DNA of 64,000 nucleotides from a virus. This document shows, piece by piece, positions 55,164-64,000 of this stretch. The stretch is taken from the IMG/VR virus record IMGVR_UViG_3300037317_000025, positions 11,347-75,346 of that record; one strand, 5' to 3'. The translations under genes were made by a program, and so were the position numbers. Position 1 is the stretch's first letter. The number at the start of each line of letters is the position of its first letter. Under the pieces are notes generated by a model, which was given only the letters and a program-made list of their open reading frames with translations, ran no database searches and had not been told where the DNA came from.

Positions 55164-55449
55164 GCAGCGCCTCCTTCAGATAATGCCAGGTGAAGCCCGT
55201 TGCAACCCTGAGCCGATGCGCCGCAGGCGCGCGCCCGCGTCCGATGCGATAATGTCGCCACCAGATGCGCGGCACCAGCAGCAGGCACACCCATGGTGTC
55301 CGTCGCCGCAGGCCGCGCCACGCCACGCTGCGGGCACGGTCAATCACCAGGAACGGGATACCGTACCAGGCAATGCGAACCGACATCTGGAGATGATCGC
55401 CATTGCGTCGCTCATGTGCAACCTTCAGATACCACGGTAGTCGTGCCAT
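55147..55449 (-). CDS. hypothetical basic protein
   Basis: coupled ORF with SD GGAGG. Confidence 0.45.
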   Translation of the reverse strand: MARLPWYLKVAHERRNGDHLQMSVRIAWYGIPFLVIDRARSVAWRGLRRRTPWVCLLLVPRIWWRHYRIGRGRAPAAHRLRVATGFTWHYLKEALRANKY

Positions 55450-55994
55450 CAGCGTGCTGCCTCCTCCAGTGCGCGGTTGACCATATCCACATCCACCAGC
55501 GACTCGGCATCGACGTGGATCGCCGCGTCGTAAAACCAGGGATGCTTGCCGATGATCGGGTGCGCGCCACCAACCTCCTGCAATTGCCCGATCTGCGACG
55601 CGCAGCCCACGGCAGCCGACCCAGGCGGCGGCGCGGGGATTTCGGGCACAGGTTCGGCAAGTTGCGCCCAGCGCTGCGGGCTTAACTCCTGCCACTCATC
55701 GGGGACAATCGCCGCCCACTGCTGCGGGGCAATATCCTGCCACGAACGGGGTGCCAGGGATGCGAACGTCTCCAGTGTCAGGCGCTTGCTCTCGCGGGCC
55801 GCCTCGGCGTACCCGCTCTCGTCCGGCGTGCGCACGTACACGCCCGCTTCCACCGCGTCGTGAAACGGCGTGTCGGCCACGTTGCCCTGCATCACGCCCG
55901 CCAGTCGCCGCGCCCCCTCGTTGGCGAGCGGTTGCTGCACGCGGCGCAAAGCGTTAGCGATAGCAGGCAGATGGTTGTGGCTGCGAACGGCCAT
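55449..55994 (-). CDS. putative neck / HK97 gp10-like protein
   Basis: synteny; NHLPAIANAL, LQEVG...HPWFYDA. Confidence 0.45.
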   Translation of the reverse strand: MAVRSHNHLPAIANALRRVQQPLANEGARRLAGVMQGNVADTPFHDAVEAGVYVRTPDESGYAEAARESKRLTLETFASLAPRSWQDIAPQQWAAIVPDEWQELSPQRWAQLAEPVPEIPAPPPGSAAVGCASQIGQLQEVGGAHPIIGKHPWFYDAAIHVDAESLVDVDMVNRALEEAAR

Positions 55995-55995
55995 C

Positions 55996-56247
55996 CTACT
56001 TACTCCGTGGTACAAACGTGTCCAGGTTCAGAACGTGTTCTCTGCGCCAGCGCCAGTATTGCTTCGCCAGTTCGCCCGTGATCGTCTCGACCTGCGGGTC
56101 GGTGCTGGTGTTGTTGGCGTAGACGAACATGGCCGACGTGGGCAGGTTGTCTGCCGGGTCAATCGGCCCAGGCAGGACGCGCCGGACGTGCGCCAGATTG
56201 ATGTCGCCCTGGTCGCCCAGGGCGATGATGCCGGTTGCTGCTGCCAT
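55996..56247 (-). CDS. hypothetical protein
   Basis: SD AGGAG. Confidence 0.55.
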   Translation of the reverse strand: MAAATGIIALGDQGDINLAHVRRVLPGPIDPADNLPTSAMFVYANNTSTDPQVETITGELAKQYWRWRREHVLNLDTFVPRSK

Positions 56248-56264
56248 TGGTTACTCCTAGTGGT

Positions 56265-56543
56265 CTATCCTAGTCTGTTCACAAGCTGCAGCAGGTTCGT
56301 GCTGGCGATGTCCGTCACCGCACCAGCCACCAGGTTGTATACGGTCTGCCCGGTGCCCGCCGGGAGTTTGTAGTGCGTCTCGATGGCGGTGTAGTCGGAA
56401 CCATCGATCATTTTATCCATCTGTGCCTTGATGGTAGGTAGTCGCTCCTGTGCCGTCTCTACCGTGTTCACGATGTTCAAAAGCTCAGAGGCTTTCTGGC
56501 CTCCGGTTGCGGTCGTGTCGATTTTGATGTATTCAACTGCCAT
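56265..56543 (-). CDS. hypothetical virion-associated protein
   Basis: SD AGGAG. Confidence 0.6.
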   Translation of the reverse strand: MAVEYIKIDTTATGGQKASELLNIVNTVETAQERLPTIKAQMDKMIDGSDYTAIETHYKLPAGTGQTVYNLVAGAVTDIASTNLLQLVNRLG

Positions 56544-56556
56544 TGTTCATGCTCCT

Positions 56557-57273
56557 TTAGAACGGGTATGTTAATCCACTACCTGAATTATATAATTGTG
56601 TTCTCTCCGATGATGTTAGAACACGCTGCCATATACCCACCTCGTCTATACGTCCGCTATAGTACGCTGCACTCCAATAGCGACCAAACTCTAGCGGATT
56701 AGTGGTAGTAGCGTGTGTTACCGCTGGTCCGGTATTTGTGAGTAGCGTACCGCTTTCCGACTGAACCCATAGGTTTGTAGTTCCGTTGTAATAGGCTACA
56801 ACAAACCACCATTCAGTTGTGTTAATGCCAGTAACTTCAGCAAAATCAGAAGCACTGTTGACAAAAAAGTCAATAGTATTAGTGTTAAGCCGGATTAGAT
56901 ACTCAATCTGCGGTGACGCACCACCTTTGAATAGTAGTCCCTGTGCTGTAGGTGATAGCGTGTTGGGTTTTACCCAAAAGGCGAGCGTGAATGCACTAGA
57001 AGATTGTAGACCTGGTGTACTCGCTACACTCAAATATTCACTGTTCGCAGCAACAAAGCTCGCTGCATTGCCCAGTTTGCCCGTAGCACTCCCCACCGTG
57101 TTATTGTCGGTCAGGTTGTTTGACCCTGCACTGTCTATGCGGGTGCCGCTGGTTTCGTCCAGTTTCCAGTAAGCAGCGAGATCGTTGAGTAGGGGCGAGG
57201 CCGCGCCACCCACTGGCCCGCGCACGAACTCCAGGCCGTGTCCAACACCAATACCAAACGATGTTAGAGGCAT
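56557..57273 (-). CDS. head fibre with LamG/concanavalin A-like domain
   Basis: N-terminal FGIGVGHGL anchor; AYWKLDE, FTLAFWVK, GRIDEVGIWQRVLT. Confidence 0.75.
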   Translation of the reverse strand: MPLTSFGIGVGHGLEFVRGPVGGAASPLLNDLAAYWKLDETSGTRIDSAGSNNLTDNNTVGSATGKLGNAASFVAANSEYLSVASTPGLQSSSAFTLAFWVKPNTLSPTAQGLLFKGGASPQIEYLIRLNTNTIDFFVNSASDFAEVTGINTTEWWFVVAYYNGTTNLWVQSESGTLLTNTGPAVTHATTTNPLEFGRYWSAAYYSGRIDEVGIWQRVLTSSERTQLYNSGSGLTYPF

Positions 57274-57283
57274 CCCAACCTCC

Positions 57284-57571
57284 TCACCAGATCGCTACAA
57301 TATCGGTGGCGGTCGTGTTCGTTCCGTCTACCCGCTCCACGCGGATCGGCAGGATGGTGCCCGCAGGCACGGCCTTGAACACCACATCCGTGCCCGTGCC
57401 CATCATCGTCACCGCCACATCGCCCGCGCCGCCGATGTACAACCCACGGCAGTACTTCGCGCCGGTGTCGTTCGTGTCGTGCGCCGTGACCGCTACCGCG
57501 TTCTCAGCGGGCGCGGTGAGCGAGATGGGACTGTATGACCGATACGGGTCTTGTGTCAAATCTGTTGGCAT
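57284..57571 (-). CDS. head spike base protein (RcGTA Rcc01079-like)
   Basis: PAENAVAVT..D...RGLYIGGAGDVAV...VPAGTILPIRVERV..TNTTATDIVA. Confidence 0.8.
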   Translation of the reverse strand: MPTDLTQDPYRSYSPISLTAPAENAVAVTAHDTNDTGAKYCRGLYIGGAGDVAVTMMGTGTDVVFKAVPAGTILPIRVERVDGTNTTATDIVAIW

Positions 57572-57603
57572 TATTCAACCTCCATAACAAGAGACACCCG
57601 GGG

Positions 57604-58005
57604 CTATGCCCAGGTGCCTACGGTGTTCAGAACCAACCATCCGTCAGTCCCGTCGCCCATCACGGTCACGTTGTCGCCTACCGCGTCCGATGCGGCGCTG
57701 TTCACCAGGTCTTCGTCGTCGGCCTTGCTGCCGGAGATGAATTTGTCCGCCGCCTGCGGGCTGATCGAGCACCCGGTCGAGCCGCCCAGGGTTTTGACAT
57801 AAAAGGTGAAGACCAACCCGGCTTCGGTGGCGGGCAACGTGGCGACCACATCCGCCGCGTCGATGATGAACGTCTTGCCACTATCCTCGCGGGTGACGGT
57901 GAAGTTTGCGTCTTTTGTCTCGATGTTCGGGTAGGAGATGGCACCACCGATGACGGTGTGTGCCCCTCCCTGTTCGATGTGATTGAGCGCGTTATAGGTG
58001 CTCAT
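57604..58005 (-). CDS. putative capsid decoration protein
   Basis: downstream of the MCP; DSGKTF...TLPATEAGLVFTF. Confidence 0.55.
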   Translation of the reverse strand: MSTYNALNHIEQGGAHTVIGGAISYPNIETKDANFTVTREDSGKTFIIDAADVVATLPATEAGLVFTFYVKTLGGSTGCSISPQAADKFISGSKADDEDLVNSAASDAVGDNVTVMGDGTDGWLVLNTVGTWA

Positions 58006-58017
58006 TGGTCAACTCCT

Positions 58018-58482
58018 TTACGTGCTCAAGCTGTCATCTTTCGGCTCGTTCACCACCGCCAGTGCCAGGTGTGCGTCGGTGCTCGCATACTCGGACGGCG
58101 TGGTGCCAGCGCGATACAATTCCGCGACAATCTCGCCAAACGCGCTGTTCTGGGTGGCACGCTGGATAATCACGCGCACATAGCGATCAGGCGGGTGCAG
58201 GATGTCCATCTCGACAACACTGTTGTCGTCATCGTCCGCAATAGACAGACTGGCGTCGTCGATGTCGTAGGCGTTGGTGGTGAAGTCGTCGCTCGCCGCC
58301 TGCCCGATCATTGTGGTCACGGCGTTCTCTACAATCGCGCCCGTGCAGGTGATGAACCGCACGCCGTCCCACCCACCGTCCTGGCCCATGTCCACCGCAT
58401 CGCTGGTGATGGTACTGGTGCCTGCGGCGGTCGCCGCGCTCACGCGGATCAGCTTCGTTTTCTCAGAAATCATTCCTGCCAT
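58018..58482 (-). CDS. putative capsid-associated protein
   Basis: immediately downstream of the MCP, beta-rich. Confidence 0.5.
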   Translation of the reverse strand: MAGMISEKTKLIRVSAATAAGTSTITSDAVDMGQDGGWDGVRFITCTGAIVENAVTTMIGQAASDDFTTNAYDIDDASLSIADDDDNSVVEMDILHPPDRYVRVIIQRATQNSAFGEIVAELYRAGTTPSEYASTDAHLALAVVNEPKDDSLST

Positions 58483-58493
58483 TGTCGTGCTCC

Positions 58494-60596
58494 TTATTGC
58501 ATTTCCAGGTACTTAATCGCCTCGCTCAGCACAACCCGGCTATCGAAACGCTTGTACCAGCGGAAGCCAACCTCATACGTCTCGGCGTACAGTTCATCGA
58601 GGCGCTTCATGTCCATCTGGCCGAAGTCGGCAATCCAGAAGTAGGACAGGTCGCCAAACGCAATCACCTTCGCGTCGGCGGCAATCTCGGCCATCGTGTT
58701 CAGCGTCACCACCGGGCGACCCATCAAGCTGGGCGGCGAACCCTCGCGGGCGTCGGCCCACAGGTAGCGGCCCGTGCCGTCCTTCAGGGTGCGCACATAC
58801 TCGGCGGTACTGTCGTTCATCAGCCAGGTGGCGTTCGGGCGGTACAGGTAGTTCAGCGAGTAGTAGAGATCGATAAGCTCGTCATATTCAATGTCGGCGG
58901 TGGCCGCAGCCTTCACGCCGCGTTCGCCGCCTGCGATCAACCCCTGCGGCTCACTGTTGCCCGTGCCGGTGGCGAAGTAGGCATTTTCTGCGCTGGCATA
59001 GGCGCGCACGACATCAGGCTGAATGACACTGGTGAGCACCGGGAAGCGCGAGTCGGCCAGCACCTCTTCGCTCGCTTTGGTGAGCTTGGTGAACTTATAG
59101 GGGTGGAACGTGTGGTTCTTCATCGTGGCGTTGCTCTCCGAGACGGGCTTGCCTTCGCGGATGAGCGTGGCCGCCGGGCTGTCCACCTGCTGTGGAACCG
59201 AGAACGAGTCGGTGCCACTCACGGTCAGGACACGAGCGCCCGCCGTGCGCAGGATGGATGCATCGGTCATTGACCGTACAATCTCGTTTGAGAACTGCGC
59301 GGGCACCAGCGCGCCGCCTGCCGCTTCGGTGCTCTCCTGCAAGGCGCGGGTCGCCCGTCCGGAGCGAATATAGCTTTCAAATGCCCGCATATGATCGGGC
59401 TGCTGGTCGTTCGCAGTATCGCCGGGGATGACCCGCGCATCGCGCTGGATAGCTGGAGCACTGCGGAGTTGCTCAAGCTCCTGGCGCATATCGTTCATCT
59501 CGTCCCGGAATGGTTGCACCGCGTCGGTGATAATGCCGCGCAGGGCTTCCGGGTCGAACGCAGGCTGCACGGGTTGCGCGGGTTGCGCGGGTGCAGGCTG
59601 TGACTGTTGCGGCGCGGGCTGCTGGCTCGGAGCCGAGCGAGTCGGCGCGGGTGCTGGTTGCTGCTGCGACTGGGCGGGTTCTTCCTGCTGCTGTTCCGAC
59701 TGCTCGTTGGTGCCAGCCGGAGCCGACTGCGGTTCGTGCTGCTCTTCAGCAGATGCAGTCTGGTTGTGCTTCTTCGACATAGGGGTACTCTCCTCTCCTT
59801 CTGGCGCAACGTGCGCCGGGTCTACACTGCGAGCGGTGGCACGGGTGCCGAACCCGCCGGGGAACGGGGTCAACGACCCCTCAACAATTGGCCATTGCAG
59901 CACCTTGCCGTCGTCGGCAATGCGCACGACGTGCGGCGCGCTGGCGCTGCTCCAGGACAACTTGCCCTGCTGGACAAGCTCATAGATGGCACGCTCGTAG
60001 TCGTCGGCCATGTCCAGCACCGCTTCAACCCAGATGCCGACCTGCTCTTTGCTCGTGCGGAGCGGTTGCAGGCGGTGGTCGGCCAGTTCTTCTAAACCGG
60101 CGCGAAGCGGGATGCTGTGGTGAATAAAGAAGTCGGCCCCGTCGCCATTGCGCGGGCCGTAGTAGGTATCAGGCGTGAAATAAGTGCCGTACAGGTCGGG
60201 GTTCTCCGGGCCGTTGAACGCCACCAGATAGCCGCCGATCTTGCCGTCGCCTAATGCGCGGGCGTGGCCACCGGTGAAGCTGCGGCGCTGCCCGTCGCCG
60301 GGTGCCTGTGCCTCGACGGGCTGATACTCGCGCCGCACGCGCTGCCAGTCCGTGACGGGTGCCAGGGTTACGGTGTCGTCGTCGTTCACGGTGTAGCTGG
60401 CCTGCCAGAGCGAACGGCGCATCTCGTCCCGGATAATCACCATGCGCTCGTCGGGAAATACCTCAATCGGCCAGTAGGACTCGCCTGCACTCGTCACCTG
60501 ATCGAACAGGTGCGACTCCAGGTCAAGCAGGTTGATGGCGCGTTGTGCGGTGTCGTTTTGCGGTGGGACGCGACGGCCTTTTGTACGATGTGGCAT
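58494..60596 (-). CDS. fused prohead protease - scaffold-like linker - HK97-fold major capsid protein
   Basis: GYLVAF...DLYGTYF, WSSAS, WPIVEGSLTP protease motifs; Q/P-rich linker; AGGALVP, WLMN, LKDGTGRYLW, LMGRPVV, IAFGDL MCP motifs. Confidence 0.9.
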   Translation of the reverse strand: MPHRTKGRRVPPQNDTAQRAINLLDLESHLFDQVTSAGESYWPIEVFPDERMVIIRDEMRRSLWQASYTVNDDDTVTLAPVTDWQRVRREYQPVEAQAPGDGQRRSFTGGHARALGDGKIGGYLVAFNGPENPDLYGTYFTPDTYYGPRNGDGADFFIHHSIPLRAGLEELADHRLQPLRTSKEQVGIWVEAVLDMADDYERAIYELVQQGKLSWSSASAPHVVRIADDGKVLQWPIVEGSLTPFPGGFGTRATARSVDPAHVAPEGEESTPMSKKHNQTASAEEQHEPQSAPAGTNEQSEQQQEEPAQSQQQPAPAPTRSAPSQQPAPQQSQPAPAQPAQPVQPAFDPEALRGIITDAVQPFRDEMNDMRQELEQLRSAPAIQRDARVIPGDTANDQQPDHMRAFESYIRSGRATRALQESTEAAGGALVPAQFSNEIVRSMTDASILRTAGARVLTVSGTDSFSVPQQVDSPAATLIREGKPVSESNATMKNHTFHPYKFTKLTKASEEVLADSRFPVLTSVIQPDVVRAYASAENAYFATGTGNSEPQGLIAGGERGVKAAATADIEYDELIDLYYSLNYLYRPNATWLMNDSTAEYVRTLKDGTGRYLWADAREGSPPSLMGRPVVTLNTMAEIAADAKVIAFGDLSYFWIADFGQMDMKRLDELYAETYEVGFRWYKRFDSRVVLSEAIKYLEMQ

Positions 60597-60613
60597 TGCT
60601 GCCTCCAGACAAT

Positions 60614-60648
60614 AAAAAAAGGTGCCAAGCTCGAAAGCTCGACACCTT
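60614..60648 (-). terminator. intrinsic terminator immediately upstream of the protease/MCP gene
   Basis: minus strand AAGGTGTCGAGC-TTTCGA-GCTTGGCACCTT followed by a T-run. Confidence 0.65.
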
Positions 60649-60739
60649 GTAGGCAATCTCGAGTATTCAGTTGTGCCCGTCTCTCCGGGCTGTCCCACCA
60701 CTCAAACGGGTCAGGTGGCACCACTTACAATCAGGTTGT

Positions 60740-60788
60740 TGGTCGCGCCCACTGGATTTGCACCAGTGTTCTTGCCGCTTGCGGCGCG
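60740..60788 (-). ncRNA. tRNA-like minihelix (acceptor stem, T-arm and ACCA; no anticodon arm)
   Basis: CGCGCCG...ACTGG-TGCAAAT-CCAGT-GGGCGCG-ACCA. Confidence 0.45.
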
Positions 60789-60875
60789 GTGTCCGGGTTT
60801 AATAACAAGCCTCAACCCGGACAGGAGGCCAGGACAGATGACGGATACTGCAACCAAAGGAAGCATCGTACCTTG

Positions 60876-60904
60876 ATTATACACAACTTATCGCGCATCT
60901 GCAA
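60876..60904 (-). promoter_or_regulatory. promoter TTGCAG-17-TATAAT for the capsid operon leader
   Basis: hexamers at 60899-60904 and 60876-60881. Confidence 0.65.
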
Positions 60905-61205
60905 GTATAACCCGCCATTCGCTGCGCACATCATCAAGCAACGAACAATCGAACCGGGCAATCACGCGCTGCCCGTTGCGGCGTTTGCTGATGAGCAGGC
61001 AATCACTCGCCGGGTCGTACCAGATCGTCACGCCGGTCTGCTCGCACCGAATCGGTTGCGCGTTGGGCGGGAGGCTCTGGCACGGGTTCGTACTGGGTGC
61101 ATCCGTCGGATAACTCAATTCTTACTCCTGCTTTCGGGCTGTGCGGGTTGGCGCACAGATAATAGCCGCCATAGCGACACGCCCGCAGCTTGCGCCACTG
61201 GCATG

Positions 61206-62219
61206 TTACACACTGAGCCGGACTGTCCATTCCTGATACCTCGATACCTCGACCTTGCTGCCATAGGTTGCCGTGAACTGCACCAGATGATCACCTGCGT
61301 CGGTCAGGTCTGCGATGGCGTATGTCCACTCGAACGTGCCTGCTGCTGCGTCGGTCACGGTGAGCGTCCCGGCAATGGCGCGAGCGCTGCCCCAGCGGGG
61401 TCGGATCGTACCCGTGATGGTTGCACCGCTCAAGTCAAGCACCGTGCCATCGGCCTGTGTCCAGATGATTGACTGACTGGTGCCCGTCGCGCCCTGCACG
61501 GCATACGCCAGCCCGCCTGTCTCTGCGCCAGTGTAACTCGTGGGCGTGACCGGGACGTTAAAGATGTCCTTCTCGCTGCCAATCTCGCTGGCAGTGAGCG
61601 GCGCATCGTAGATTTTGACCTGACTGAGCCAGCCGATGAAGGTGTAGCTGGCACTCGGATCGTTGCCGATACTGGCCTTTACATACGGTGTTTCGTCCGT
61701 GCCGTTGGTAGACTGCGCCACCTGCACGCCGTCGATATAGAGCGTCGTGGGTGCGCCGTCCTGCCACGTCACGGCGTAGTGGTGCCAGTCCGCGTCAACC
61801 GATGTGCTCACGTTGGCATACACGCCGTTCGCTGCCGACTCAACGTAGCCCGCCGTACCCAGGCCAAAGTCCAGGTACGCCCCGACAAAGGCCGAGGCCG
61901 TCTCGATAAACGCCAGCATGCCCGCGCCGTTGGCGGAGGTCTGATCGGTGCCCCAACTGGCCCCGCTCGGCAGTTTAGCCCAGAGCATCAGCGTGCCCTG
62001 GCTGCCCACATGACTGGCGACAACATCAATATCCACCAGCGCCCCGGCAGATAGCTGGATCGCCTGCACACCAGGATCACTCACCCCTAGCGGGCCGGTT
62101 TCGCCATACGAGATGCTGCCAGTTCCCGGCGTGTAGGTGCCGTCGTAGCCGTTACCGGAGCTATCGACCGCCGGGTCGCCGCTCGCGTCGCTCAGTTTGT
62201 ACCAGGCGAGTTGGGTCAT
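61206..62219 (-). CDS. virion protein with LamG-like domain and BppU-like C-terminus
   Basis: WHHYAVTW..TLYIDG, LSQVKIYDAPLT; LDLSGATI...DAAAGTFEW. Confidence 0.7.
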   Translation of the reverse strand: MTQLAWYKLSDASGDPAVDSSGNGYDGTYTPGTGSISYGETGPLGVSDPGVQAIQLSAGALVDIDVVASHVGSQGTLMLWAKLPSGASWGTDQTSANGAGMLAFIETASAFVGAYLDFGLGTAGYVESAANGVYANVSTSVDADWHHYAVTWQDGAPTTLYIDGVQVAQSTNGTDETPYVKASIGNDPSASYTFIGWLSQVKIYDAPLTASEIGSEKDIFNVPVTPTSYTGAETGGLAYAVQGATGTSQSIIWTQADGTVLDLSGATITGTIRPRWGSARAIAGTLTVTDAAAGTFEWTYAIADLTDAGDHLVQFTATYGSKVEVSRYQEWTVRLSV

Positions 62220-62611
62220 TCTGGAATGCACTCCCATTTATACACGACAATGGTTTTTATGACGATCCCGTTTTCTTCGACCGGGTGCGCCGTATTCGGG
62301 TTGTCGTCTGTGGGTTTCAGCAGCCCCTCTGCGACAAGCCTATCGTAGTGTTGCGGGCTTATTGTTTCGCGGGTGATTCGCGGCGGTTCCCAGGTACCCA
62401 TCTCATCGATCTGCCCTGTGAAGGGACAACGCAACAAACCAGTTCGTGATCGCTCAAGATCAGCCAGGATTTGAGCAACCAGTGGCTCCACGGCAAACGG
62501 TGTCTGTCTTACTTCACCCTGCATTGATTTGATGAACAGGTTGTCCGCACCGTACAACTTCCGCTCCTCGTGCTTCAGTCGCTCTTGTATCTGCCTCCAC
62601 CAGTTCGACAT
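62216..62611 (-). CDS. hypothetical protein
   Basis: coupled ORF. Confidence 0.5.
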   Translation of the reverse strand: MSNWWRQIQERLKHEERKLYGADNLFIKSMQGEVRQTPFAVEPLVAQILADLERSRTGLLRCPFTGQIDEMGTWEPPRITRETISPQHYDRLVAEGLLKPTDDNPNTAHPVEENGIVIKTIVVYKWECIPE

Positions 62612-62973
62612 TAAAACACCTCCGTCGCTTCAAGCTGGATAACCACCTGCTGCGTGTCGCCCGATGCGACCCGCGTGATAGTTTCCAGTGTCTTGCCGTC
62701 GCTGTCCCGCACGAACCGCGCCGCCGTGCTGGGCATCGTGCAATCGCCGGGAACCGTCACCGTCCAGTCCTGCACCGCGGTTTTTGATATGTTGCCCGCA
62801 CCGTCGCTGGTCACGGTGGTGCGAGCAGGCAAGGCGGTGAACCGACACGGCACGTCCGTGACGAACGTCAGCCAGGTGCCTGGTGAGCTTTCGTACTGAA
62901 CCGTGCAGGTGTCTACCATCTCGCGCTTGCGGACGGTGATCTGACGGTTCATTTGTGTGGTCGAGAGGGGCAT
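62611..62973 (-). CDS. putative head closure / head-tail joining protein
   Basis: MVDTCTV...VPCRF motif, beta-rich, 120 aa. Confidence 0.55.
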   Translation of the reverse strand: MPLSTTQMNRQITVRKREMVDTCTVQYESSPGTWLTFVTDVPCRFTALPARTTVTSDGAGNISKTAVQDWTVTVPGDCTMPSTAARFVRDSDGKTLETITRVASGDTQQVVIQLEATEVF

Positions 62974-62977
62974 TGTG

Positions 62978-63439
62978 TTACCATCCAAACTCGTCTATCG
63001 TGTTTGCCAGGATGCGCACCAGATCGTCACTCAGGCCCCATCGTTCCCGGTTCAGTTCCAGGCTGCGCCGAATATCGCCCGTGGCGTGCCGTTCGCCTGC
63101 TGCCTTCCAGTCCACCAGCATCTCCAGCATATCAAACAGCGACATGCCGCGTATGCCGTCCGGGTAGTACTCCGGGTGGTGGCTGTTGTGCTCATAGTGG
63201 TGCTGTAGTGCCGTTCGCCTCATCTCAGCCAGGACGCGCTTGTAGTCCTCGCTACCATACTCAGTATCGCGCAGCAATGGCGTGAAGCGGTCAAACATCG
63301 ACTTCTCTGGCTCAATCAGCTTGGTGCTGTCGTGATCGGCAGAGCGGGCGTGCAGGTTCAGTATCGCCTCGCCAAGCAACTCCTGCACGCGCCGAATGTG
63401 CGCCAGGGTGTCGGGTATGCTGTCGTAGGGTGCGGTCAT
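62978..63439 (-). CDS. DUF5662 family (HD-like) protein
   Basis: TLAHIRRVQ, HDSTKL, HHYEHNSHHPEYY, MLEMLVDWKAA. Confidence 0.78.
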   Translation of the reverse strand: MTAPYDSIPDTLAHIRRVQELLGEAILNLHARSADHDSTKLIEPEKSMFDRFTPLLRDTEYGSEDYKRVLAEMRRTALQHHYEHNSHHPEYYPDGIRGMSLFDMLEMLVDWKAAGERHATGDIRRSLELNRERWGLSDDLVRILANTIDEFGW

Positions 63440-63633
63440 CCCTCGCCTTCCTCTTCGGGTTCCACGTTGATCTCTTGTTCGATCTGCTCACGCCATCGGG
63501 AAAGCTGGCCGATCAACTTGTATACCGCTCGCTTGTCGATAATCGTGTCATCAGGTGTTATATCCTCTAGCACGCTCGCCGTTGCCCTGATAACACCCAG
63601 GTTCTTGACCAGGATATATTCACGCTCTTTCAC
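63436..63633 (-). CDS. small hypothetical protein
   Basis: SD AGGAGG. Confidence 0.5.
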   Translation of the reverse strand: MKEREYILVKNLGVIRATASVLEDITPDDTIIDKRAVYKLIGQLSRWREQIEQEINVEPEEEGEG

Positions 63634-63644
63634 GGTGTTACCTC

Positions 63645-64000
63645 CTACACCACCAGACTAATCTCGCCCGCCAGTCTCATGCGTTGGCGTTCGATGTTCT
63701 TGTAGCGGTCTGTCAAACTGGTGTTGCCGCCTTCGGTGGAAAAGTTCACGTCGTCCACCGCGCCCGCCAGGATGTAGTCGAAGCAGGCCACGGCAGCCCC
63801 CGGCACATCCACCCAGGTGCCAGTAATGTACACCCTGGTTTGCTCGTCGGCAAACGTCCACTTGCCGCGCTGTAAGTCCTGGGTCGCGGGAATGATCGCC
63901 GTGCCGTCGCTGTCCTCAAACGTCGGTGTGGTGTCGCTCAGGGTTGTCTCGTCTATCGTTGCCCTGCCGACCCAGGGGCGGGCGTTGGCAGTGAAGATGG
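63645..64000 (-). CDS. putative head-tail adaptor (3' part; start outside window)
   Basis: frame open to the window edge; GKWTF..VYITG..VDV..AA, NFSTEG..SL. Confidence 0.5.
   Translation of the reverse strand, partial: IFTANARPWVGRATIDETTLSDTTPTFEDSDGTAIIPATQDLQRGKWTFADEQTRVYITGTWVDVPGAAVACFDYILAGAVDDVNFSTEGGNTSLTDRYKNIERQRMRLAGEISLVV

Noticed and set aside
62458-62469. 12-nt match (GATCAGCCAGGA) to the reverse complement of spacer 5
   Set aside because: About one match of this length is expected by chance for seven spacers in 64 kb, and it does not extend.

Overview
This window is most of a GC-rich siphovirus-type phage genome, probably temperate or a phage-plasmid. The host is inferred to be a Chloroflexota bacterium, mainly from the look of the DnaN protein. 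Left to right: (i) 0-6.2 kb, leftward early-gene cassettes driven by six near-identical sigma70 promoters, including a 132-nt tmRNA-like RNA with no tag reading frame; (ii) ParB-like and methyltransferase/GNAT-like genes plus terS; (iii) a compact CRISPR module between terS and terL, made of a 7-spacer array with 37-bp repeats, a 496-aa TnpB/Cas12f-like RuvC nuclease whose stop codon lies inside the last repeat, and a divergent HTH gene, with no cas1/cas2 or tnpA; (iv) lysis and replication genes (amidase, MTase, DnaB, loader, initiator with iterons); (v) two divergent regulatory switches, an HNH-helicase, a methyltransferase cluster, sigma factor, RuvC, Dcd, RNA ligase and DnaN; (vi) a ParM/ParR-like partition pair followed by a cell-wall hydrolase, membrane proteins and an FtsK/HerA-like ATPase; (vii) the leftward head and tail module. 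No portal or integrase gene is visible in the window. All protein calls come from motif recognition by eye; no database searches were run.
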